NCBI RefSeq assembly: GCF_022496765.1
Contig: NZ_VANV01000003.1
Span: 1 to 24,000, forward strand
Reading direction: 5' to 3'
DNA from: Acidaminobacter sp. JC074
GTDB taxonomy: Bacteria; Bacillota; Clostridia; Peptostreptococcales; Acidaminobacteraceae
DNA length: 24,000 bases
In this document: positions 17,424 through 24,000 of the stretch, piece by piece
How positions within the stretch are numbered: the first letter of the stretch is position 1
Layout of the letters: every line of letters starts with the position of its first letter
Notes under the pieces: model-generated
The model's input: only the letters and a program-made list of their open reading frames with translations
What the model was told of the DNA's origin: nothing
Database searches by the model: none
Made by a program: the position numbers and the translations under genes

Positions 17424-18128
17424 TTATATCTCCAAGATGTCTTTGATTACTTCAGAGGCAATGATTAGACCTGCTACTGAAGGTACAAAAGAAACACTAC
17501 CTGGTGTAGAACGTCTACTTTCTGATGTTTCTAACTCAAATGGTTTTAATGGTTGTTCTTTAGAATAGACAACCTTTACCTTCTTGATACGTCTCTTTTT
17601 AAGTTCATTTCTCATAACCTTAGCAAGAGGGCACATTGATGTTTTAGAGATATCTGCGACTTCTAGCATAGCTGGATTAAGTTTGTTACCTGTACCCATG
17701 CTGCATATAAATGGTAGGTCTAGTTCCTTACATCTTTCAATAATTAAAAGTTTTGATGTGACCATGTCAATGGCATCTACCACATAGTCTAAGTCATTTG
17801 AAATAAGTTCTAGGTTATCTTTGTTAAAAAGAACGGGTAGCGCTGTCACTGTAATATCTGGATTGATCAGCTTGATACGTTCTTTCATGGCTTCAACCTT
17901 TAGTTGACCTACTGTCTGAGTATGTGCATGTATCTGTCGGTTGATATTCGATTCTACAATATCATCAAAGTCTATTAGAACAATGTGGCCGATACCTGTT
18001 CTAGCAAGTGCTTCAACGACAAATGAACCGACACCTCCGATGCCAAATACTGCAACTTTTTTATCCTTAAGTTTATCAATGCCATCTTCTCCAAGAAGCA
18101 TGGCAGATCTTATAAATTTATTATCCAT
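17424..18128 (-). CDS. tcdA: tRNA threonylcarbamoyladenosine dehydratase, ThiF/E1-like (start corrected to MDNKFIRS)
   Basis: VAVFGIGGVGSFVVEALARTGIGHIVLIDFDDIVESNINRQIHA, VVDAID, PGSVSFVPSVAGLIIASEVI. SD cggaggt before 18128. Confidence 0.92.
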   Translation of the reverse strand: MDNKFIRSAMLLGEDGIDKLKDKKVAVFGIGGVGSFVVEALARTGIGHIVLIDFDDIVESNINRQIHAHTQTVGQLKVEAMKERIKLINPDITVTALPVLFNKDNLELISNDLDYVVDAIDMVTSKLLIIERCKELDLPFICSMGTGNKLNPAMLEVADISKTSMCPLAKVMRNELKKRRIKKVKVVYSKEQPLKPFELETSESRRSTPGSVSFVPSVAGLIIASEVIKDILEI

Positions 18129-18183
18129 AGTAACCTCCGTTTTCATTATATATCTATATAGTTTTTTTTCAAGTAATCTTTTT

Positions 18184-18223
18184 ATCGTTAAAACTTATCA
18201 ATCGTTAAAATATAGGGTATAAT
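18184..18223 (+). promoter_or_regulatory. Promoter TTATCA-N17-TATAAT for the ArsR-type gene, with direct repeats ATCGTTAAAA (18184-18193, 18201-18210) flanking the -35
   Basis: -35 at 18195-18200, -10 at 18218-18223. Two identical 10-nt repeats, 17 nt start to start. Confidence 0.6.
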
Positions 18224-18265
18224 AAATATGTTGTTGATTAGATGTTATGTTGGAGGAACGTTAAA

Positions 18266-18823
18266 ATGAAGGATAGTATTACGCTGAAAACCATGAACGA
18301 AATAAAAATTATTTCGAATCCGATTCGTATGCGTGTCTTAAGAAATTATTATTCTATAGGTAAACCAGCGACTGTTAAACAGATGGCTGTCTATATGGGA
18401 GAAGTACCAGCAAATATTCACTATCATGTGAAAAAACTTGTTGAGATTAATGTCTTAGAGTTAGATCATACTGAGAGTGTCAATGGTATTACAGCTAAGT
18501 TTTATGTCCCTACTGCGAGGCATATAAAGATTGATGATGAACATGATGTATCAGAAAAGTACATCGACGAAAAAGAAGTTATTGTTTCAAACATCTTTGA
18601 TGATGGTAAAAAGGAGTTCATGAAGGCCCTTAGATCTAAGTCAAATGATGAAAAAGGCACAATCTTTGCTTCTAAGATAGCCCTTACAGAAAGTGAATAC
18701 GAGAAGGTATTAGACTACATGACTAAACTTGTTGATGAACATCGTGTAACCGATAAGGATGATAAGAAGTACCTATTGTTTACAGGGATTATTGAAATAG
18801 AAGATTCTTCAGAGGAAGAATGA
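18266..18823 (+). CDS. ArsR-type winged helix-turn-helix transcriptional regulator
   Basis: MNEIKIISNPIRMRVLRNYYSIGKPATVKQMAVYMGEVPANIHYHVKKLVEINVLELD. SD ggagg at 18251-18255. The ORF-track start at 18242 is less likely. Confidence 0.88.
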   Translation: MKDSITLKTMNEIKIISNPIRMRVLRNYYSIGKPATVKQMAVYMGEVPANIHYHVKKLVEINVLELDHTESVNGITAKFYVPTARHIKIDDEHDVSEKYIDEKEVIVSNIFDDGKKEFMKALRSKSNDEKGTIFASKIALTESEYEKVLDYMTKLVDEHRVTDKDDKKYLLFTGIIEIEDSSEEE

Positions 18824-18927
18824 TAAAATAGCACAAAAAATGTTTATCTACCCGCATTTTTGGGGATATATACAATAGAAATAGAGACGTTTAGAACTAA
18901 AGTGGGCTTAATTCCAGGGAGGTTCGT

Positions 18928-19284
18928 ATGGGTAGATATAAGTATAACATTAGAGTAAATAAAGCCAATAAGCAGTATGGTTATATAGATGGTTCTATCA
19001 ATGATATTTATTGGTTTGCACTTGTTCATAGTGAGGTTGTAGAAAATGGCATAGATCCTGTGACGCTTGAGAAAGGCTTCGGTAGGATTACAAGACTGTG
19101 CCTGTATAAAGACAACACGACCTTTGAAGGAGATCCATTTTTACCGTCAATGACAGTTAGAAGACAAATCTATGTTAATTATCAAGAAGAATGGAGTGTC
19201 TTGAATTCTGGATATGTGGATATGGCAAGAGATTTAATCCAGTATCTAGAAAGACGTTACTCACTAAAATTGGTATCATGTTAA
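18928..19284 (+). CDS. Hypothetical protein, 118 aa
   Basis: SD aggagg-like (cagggaggttcgt) precedes ATG. Soluble composition. Ends immediately before a terminator. Confidence 0.7.
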   Translation: MGRYKYNIRVNKANKQYGYIDGSINDIYWFALVHSEVVENGIDPVTLEKGFGRITRLCLYKDNTTFEGDPFLPSMTVRRQIYVNYQEEWSVLNSGYVDMARDLIQYLERRYSLKLVSC

Positions 19285-19313
19285 GCCGGAGGTAATCCGG
19301 TTTTATTTTTTTG
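19284..19313 (+). terminator. Rho-independent terminator
   Basis: agCCGGA-ggtaa-TCCGGtt followed by TTATTTTTTT. Confidence 0.8.
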
Positions 19314-19341
19314 TTATCAATGACCTGAATTATGATATAAT
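19314..19341 (+). promoter_or_regulatory. Promoter TTATCA-N16-TATAAT
   Basis: -10 TATAAT at 19336-19341, upstream of the HAD phosphatase gene. Confidence 0.5.
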
Positions 19342-19417
19342 AGCTAGGTATCTGTAACACAGGATACTGCAATAGACTATAAAATATATTATTCTATACA
19401 TGTAAACAGGAGGAAAA

Positions 19418-20056
19418 ATGAAAAGATTATTTGTATCAGATTTTGACGGCACAGCAACGGCCTTAGATTTCTATAAAATTGTATTAAACATGATTGGTCA
19501 AGAAGGTTGGGATTATGTAACCGACTACAGAAAAACTGGTAAAGTGGACTATCATTTCTTAAATAAAATATTTGGATGGCACAAATTATCAAATGAAGAA
19601 TACGATGCCTTAATTGATACCATTGAACTTGATAAGACTTTAAAGGACTTTTTAGCCTATTTAGAAGAGGTAGGCGTTGACTTTAAATTTGTAAGTGCTG
19701 GTTTTGACAAGTACATCGATGATATCCTTGAAAAAGAAGGTTATAAAGGTGTTGAGGTCATGACAAACCCTGGATCATTTGAAGAGGGCATCATGAAGAT
19801 GTCACCAGATAAAAACAGTCCATTTTACCATGACTTATTTGGTATTGATAAGGGTAAAGTGATGCAGCACTTAAAGAAGGATGCTGATAAGGTATACTTT
19901 GCAGGAGATACAGAACCAGATTTTACAGCAGCCTTAGAAGCTGATGTTGTATTTGCAAAAGGTGAGCTGATTCCAATGTTAGAAAAGCATAACAAACCAT
20001 ATATCAAGTTTGATAAGTACATTGAAATAGTGGAGCATTTGAAAGCAGGTGTGTAA
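19418..20056 (+). CDS. HAD-superfamily phosphatase (MtnX/phosphoserine phosphatase-like)
   Basis: Motif I VSDFDGTATALDF, motif II FVSAGF, motif IV VYFAGDTEPDFTAALEADVVFA. SD aggagg. Confidence 0.87.
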   Translation: MKRLFVSDFDGTATALDFYKIVLNMIGQEGWDYVTDYRKTGKVDYHFLNKIFGWHKLSNEEYDALIDTIELDKTLKDFLAYLEEVGVDFKFVSAGFDKYIDDILEKEGYKGVEVMTNPGSFEEGIMKMSPDKNSPFYHDLFGIDKGKVMQHLKKDADKVYFAGDTEPDFTAALEADVVFAKGELIPMLEKHNKPYIKFDKYIEIVEHLKAGV

Positions 20057-21108
20057 TGATATCACAAGCGATTGCAATACCAAGATTAATTGAAAGTAAA
20101 TACCATGCCTTAAATGATTTGCCTGGAGCTTTGAAAGCCCATGGTTTTAAGAGGGTTCTTTTTACAGTAGGTAATGGCATTGAAGACTTGTTTAAAGAGA
20201 AGATAAGTCACCTGACGAGTGAGCCTGAATTGATCATCACAGGTCCTGTCATCCTAGAAGAGCTGGATGTTGAAAAGTTAGCCCCAATGGCTTATGACTT
20301 TCCAAATTACGATGTCATTGTTTCCATGGGGGGTGGCAAGGCTATAGACTCTGGTAAATATACAGCTTTTTTAAAGGGCATCCCCTTTATCAGCATTCCA
20401 ACAAGTATTTCAAATGATGGCTTTGCTTCTTCTGGAGCATCTTTGATGATTGAAGGTAAAAGAAAAAGTGTTTCAGCAAAAATGCCTTATGGTGTAATAG
20501 CGGATCTTTCTATACTGTCTACAGCACCTGAAAGATTTTACTACAGCGGGCTTGGAGATGTGGTTTCTAAGATTACAGCCTCTTATGATTGGCAGTACGA
20601 AGCCAATCGTGGTGTGGGTTCTGTTGATCATTTTGCACTTTTAACATCTAAAAAATCGGTCAACTCAGTTGTGAGACTGCCAAGACCTTATATTGAAGAG
20701 GGTTTATTTTTAAAGGAAGTAGTAGACTCCTTGATTATGAGTGGTATTTCAATGGAGGTTGCGGGTTCTAGTGCACCGGCATCAGGGAGTGAACACCTTA
20801 TCTCTCATGCTATGGATAGACTAGCACCAGGTGAGTATTTGCATGGCATCCAAGTAGGGATTGCTACCTACATTATGTCTTTGACCCAAGATTACAGAGT
20901 CAATAGGGTAAGAACTTTCTTGTCTGATACAGGTTTCTTTGATTATGTAAAGACATTTGAAATACCAAAACAGCTTCTTGTTGATGCCATCCGTTTAGCA
21001 CCATCCATTAAGCCTAATAGACATACGACACTACATGAACAGAAATATGTAGAAAAAGCAATTAAATATCTAGATGAAGACAGGATTTTAAGGTCGATTC
21101 TATTTTAA
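20056..21108 (+). CDS. sn-glycerol-1-phosphate dehydrogenase (AraM/EgsA family)
   Basis: VSMGGGKAIDSGKYTAFLKGIPFISIPTSISNDGFASSGASL, GLGDVVSKITASYDW, SGSEHLISHAMD, LHGIQVGIAT. Start codon overlaps the upstream stop (TAATG). Confidence 0.9.
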   Translation: MISQAIAIPRLIESKYHALNDLPGALKAHGFKRVLFTVGNGIEDLFKEKISHLTSEPELIITGPVILEELDVEKLAPMAYDFPNYDVIVSMGGGKAIDSGKYTAFLKGIPFISIPTSISNDGFASSGASLMIEGKRKSVSAKMPYGVIADLSILSTAPERFYYSGLGDVVSKITASYDWQYEANRGVGSVDHFALLTSKKSVNSVVRLPRPYIEEGLFLKEVVDSLIMSGISMEVAGSSAPASGSEHLISHAMDRLAPGEYLHGIQVGIATYIMSLTQDYRVNRVRTFLSDTGFFDYVKTFEIPKQLLVDAIRLAPSIKPNRHTTLHEQKYVEKAIKYLDEDRILRSILF

Positions 21109-21112
21109 GTTT

Positions 21113-21137
21113 AAGCATCTGAAAATTTCAGGTGCTT
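21113..21137 (+). terminator. Rho-independent terminator
   Basis: AAGCATCTGAAA-a-TTTCAGGTGCTT with T-tract. Confidence 0.85.
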
Positions 21138-21209
21138 TTTTGCTTAAAGTCTATAATTTTGGTGTAAATATTATATGATGGACTAAATTAAATTTAGAAT
21201 GGAGGAACA

Positions 21210-23000
21210 ATGAAGCAATTAATGATGACAGGAAACGAAGCTATTGCTAGAGGGTTCTATGAAGCAGGGGGTAAAATAGCAACCTCTTATCCAGGTTCGC
21301 CAACTGTACAGATACTAGAAGCAGCAAAGCAATATGAAGGTGTATACGGTGAGTTTTCCACCAATGAAAAAGTAGCACTAGAAGTTGCTATTGGTGGCTC
21401 GTTTGCAGGTGTAAGATCTATGGTGAGCATGAAACATGTGGGGGTCAATATTGCAGCTGACCCATTAATGACATTTACTGAAACACCAACAAATGGTGGC
21501 TTTGTTTTGATTTCTGGTGATGATCCAGGATTGAAGAGCTCACAAAATGAACAAGATAATAGGGTATTTGGTAAGTTTGCCAATATGCTCATACTGGATC
21601 CTTCTGATGCACAAGATGCCAAAGACTTTGCTAAAAAAGCCTTTGATCTTTCTGAAAAATATGAAACGCCAGTCATGATAAGAATTACATCTAGACTATG
21701 TCATTCCAGATCAATTGTGAATGTTGAAGAAAGATTAGAGTCTGTTAAAGAGGTCTTTAAAAAAGATGGTAAGTACTGTATGATTCCGCCTAATTCCAAT
21801 AAGGCCCAGTACTTTATGAAAGATAGAGTTCAATCACTAGCTGATGATACAGAAACAATTGATTTAAATAAACTAGAAGCTGGACATTCGAAGGATGTTC
21901 TGATTATCACATCTGGTTTACCCTATGTTTATGTAAAAGAGTTAGGTTTAGAAATAGATGTTTTAAAGTTAGGGATGGTTTATCCGCTATCTAAGTCATA
22001 TATAGAAAAAATAACAAGTGGCTATAAGAAGATTGTTGTCATAGAAGAAATGATGCCATTTATTCAAAATGAACTTAAGTTGATGGGCATTGAATCTGTA
22101 GGTAAGGAGTATTTTTCTTTTACTGGCGAGTTAGATGCTACATCTATCCATAATGGTCTTCTTGAAGCAGGACTTATCAGTGGTGATATCAAGTCTGGCA
22201 AAATGGATTTACCGACTGTTAACAGACAACCTCTCTTCTGTGCGGGCTGTCCTCATAGACCAATCTTTGATATTTTAAAGAAATCTAAGGCCAAAATGGT
22301 GATTGGTGATATTGGTTGTTATTCTCTAGGCGTCTTAAGTCCAACTGAGATATCTCATTCCATTATTTCAATGGGCGCCAGTGTAGGTATTACAAAAGGT
22401 ATTAGAAAGGCTATGTCTTTGGGACAAAAGGAAGAACCTATTGTTTCTTTAATTGGTGATGGTACCTTCTTCCATTCTGGTATACCTTCATTTATCAACC
22501 TTTTGCACCAGCAAGAGGACTTTGAGAATATGACCTTTTTAATTCTTGATAATAGAACCACGGCTATGACAGGTGGTCAGCACAATGGTGGTTCAGGTAA
22601 CTTTAACGAAAAAGATGATTTGCATGTAGATATAAAATCACTTCTTGAAACCATTGGTTTTAAGAGGGTCATAGAGGTAGATCAGTACGATTACAAGGCA
22701 ACTAAGAAAATAATCGATGATGAAATAGGCTTTAATGGCTTGTCGATTGTCATTGCAAAAGGTCAATGTGCCCTTAAATACAAGGTGAAGAAAACGCCAT
22801 ATTATGTGGATCCTGAAATATGTATCGCGTGTAAGTCATGCATCAGAACCAACTGTCCGCCACTTAAGATGAAAAAATACGATGGCATTGAAAAGATGAA
22901 ATCATCTATTGATGAAGATATGTGTGTGGGCTGCGGTATTTGTGCTCAAGTGTGTCCGGTAGGGGCTATTAAGCTTGTGACAGATAGAAAAGAGGTGTAG
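21210..23000 (+). CDS. iorA: Indolepyruvate ferredoxin oxidoreductase, alpha subunit
   Basis: GNEAIARGFYEAGGKIATSYPGSPT, FCAGCPHRP, GDIGCYSLG, TPP motif GDGTFFHSG..NRTTAMTGGQ, C-terminal CIACKSCIRTNCPP and CVGCGICAQVCPVGAI clusters. Confidence 0.96.
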   Translation: MKQLMMTGNEAIARGFYEAGGKIATSYPGSPTVQILEAAKQYEGVYGEFSTNEKVALEVAIGGSFAGVRSMVSMKHVGVNIAADPLMTFTETPTNGGFVLISGDDPGLKSSQNEQDNRVFGKFANMLILDPSDAQDAKDFAKKAFDLSEKYETPVMIRITSRLCHSRSIVNVEERLESVKEVFKKDGKYCMIPPNSNKAQYFMKDRVQSLADDTETIDLNKLEAGHSKDVLIITSGLPYVYVKELGLEIDVLKLGMVYPLSKSYIEKITSGYKKIVVIEEMMPFIQNELKLMGIESVGKEYFSFTGELDATSIHNGLLEAGLISGDIKSGKMDLPTVNRQPLFCAGCPHRPIFDILKKSKAKMVIGDIGCYSLGVLSPTEISHSIISMGASVGITKGIRKAMSLGQKEEPIVSLIGDGTFFHSGIPSFINLLHQQEDFENMTFLILDNRTTAMTGGQHNGGSGNFNEKDDLHVDIKSLLETIGFKRVIEVDQYDYKATKKIIDDEIGFNGLSIVIAKGQCALKYKVKKTPYYVDPEICIACKSCIRTNCPPLKMKKYDGIEKMKSSIDEDMCVGCGICAQVCPVGAIKLVTDRKEV

Positions 23001-23002
23001 GT

Positions 23003-23575
23003 ATGAAGAATATCATGTTATGTGGTGTAGGTGGACAAGGTCTTGTGATGACATCGGGTATTATTGCTGAGGTGGCAAGACTTTCTGGTTACGATGTAAA
23101 AACCAATGATGTTATAGGACTTTCTCAGCGTGGCGGTCGTGTATGGGCCAGTATCAGATTTGGAGAAAAAGTCTATTCACCTAATATTGAAGAAGGTAGC
23201 TTGGATTACTTATTAGCTCTTGAACCTCTTGAAGGTTATAGATACAGTAAGATGTTAAAAGAAGATGGTGTCATCTTGATGAATGATAAAATCATTTATC
23301 CAGCTGATGTAGTATTTGATAAATCAACTTATCCATTTGATGAAATTGAGAAGATGAAAGAAAGATACGAGACTTACGCCTTAGATGCAAGTCATAAGGG
23401 GGTAGAGCTTGGCAATAAGATGGTTGCCAATACCATTATACTAGGCATGCTTGCTGGTAAGCTTACATTTGATACTACCAAGTGGTTACAGGTTATTAGA
23501 GAAAGGGTACCTGAGAAGGCTATTAAGTTAAATGAGGAAGCATTTAGGTTTGGCTATAATTTTGTAAACCAATAA
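23003..23575 (+). CDS. iorB: Indolepyruvate ferredoxin oxidoreductase, beta subunit
   Basis: MLCGVGGQGLVMTSGIIAEVA, DVIGLSQRGGRVWASIRFG. Directly follows iorA. Confidence 0.94.
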   Translation: MKNIMLCGVGGQGLVMTSGIIAEVARLSGYDVKTNDVIGLSQRGGRVWASIRFGEKVYSPNIEEGSLDYLLALEPLEGYRYSKMLKEDGVILMNDKIIYPADVVFDKSTYPFDEIEKMKERYETYALDASHKGVELGNKMVANTIILGMLAGKLTFDTTKWLQVIRERVPEKAIKLNEEAFRFGYNFVNQ

Positions 23576-23579
23576 AAAT

Positions 23580-23617
23580 AAAGGCATTGAGAAGTAAAAC
23601 TTCTTCAATGTCTTTTT
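23580..23617. terminator. Terminator between convergent genes
   Basis: AAAGGCATTGAGAAG-taaaa-CTTCTTCAATGTCTTTTTT, imperfect long stem plus T-tract. Confidence 0.8.
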
Positions 23618-23823
23618 TCGATGATTCTTTCGTCAATATCAATGGCGTGATTTAAGCGATTGAGCATCTTAAATTGTTGTTTTCTATATTTTTGATACTT
23701 TGAAATATGGTTGAGTTGAGCTTTGTTTAGGTGTTCTTCATTGAAACAAGAGATGCCTAATCCTACCTCGATTTCTAAACGAAGGGCCTTAAGGTTAATG
23801 AGTTCATGAATTTCTCTGTTCAT
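23605..23823 (-). CDS. Small hypothetical protein, 72 aa
   Basis: Strong SD (aaggaggtgactgtATG), basic/helical composition, terminator at its 3' end. Confidence 0.6.
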   Translation of the reverse strand: MNREIHELINLKALRLEIEVGLGISCFNEEHLNKAQLNHISKYQKYRKQQFKMLNRLNHAIDIDERIIEKRH

Positions 23824-23996
23824 ACAGTCACCTCCTTAGTCTATTTTTACCCAATTTTGAGGATTTTAATCGTGATGACATTTGCCTTATACTTTTGTAT
23901 CAAACCAGGTGTAGGATAACTGTAATGTATAAGTTGTTTTTAAGTGAATATACCTGCTTGTAAAATGGTAAGATGAAATAAAGATAGGAGGAAGCT

Positions 23997-24000
23997 ATGT
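23997..24000 (+). CDS. Start of a truncated CDS at the right window edge
   Basis: Strong SD ataggagg, 7 nt spacer, then ATG at 23997. Confidence 0.4.

Noticed and set aside
21287-21676. 129-aa ORF (-) within iorA
   Set aside because: Antisense shadow of strongly conserved iorA coding sequence with no RBS.
1-24000. CRISPR arrays, tRNA/rRNA genes, prophage or defence islands
   Set aside because: No regularly spaced direct repeats, tRNA-like cloverleaf segments, rRNA sequence or phage/defence protein signatures were noticed on reading both strands.

Overview
This 24 kb window comes from an AT-rich bacterial chromosome, probably a low-GC Firmicute/Clostridia (inference). Most of it is ordinary and intact: glnA, a YitT-family protein, an RluA-type pseudouridine synthase, an ABC exporter pair, thpR, a T-box-controlled argG-argH cluster, an MCP, an M48 peptidase, paired half-size chromate transporters, tcdA, an ArsR-type regulator, a HAD phosphatase plus glycerol-1-phosphate dehydrogenase pair, and iorA-iorB. 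The left edge carries the 3' end of an IS200/IS605-type tnpB. The standout locus is about 6665-8045. It encodes the mercury-methylation pair HgcA (corrinoid protein, diagnostic cap-helix motif NVWCAAGK plus C-terminal membrane domain) and HgcB (2x[4Fe-4S] ferredoxin ending in a vicinal Cys-Cys). The transcription unit has its own consensus promoter and Shine-Dalgarno. The SD-preceded ATG of hgcA (6717) is separated from the annotated ORF by one in-frame TGA in the context MLTTKSC-UGA-DVDVKAS. That TGA is followed by a 6-bp hairpin with a GTT loop, 22 nt from the TGA to the loop, which fits the relaxed bacterial SECIS consensus. A selenocysteine-containing HgcA (SC-Sec) is therefore a real hypothesis. 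The 3' end of hgcA and the middle of hgcB each carry an apparent 1-nt deletion, while every other recognisable gene in the window is intact. Selenoprotein, early pseudogenisation and assembly error must be separated experimentally.
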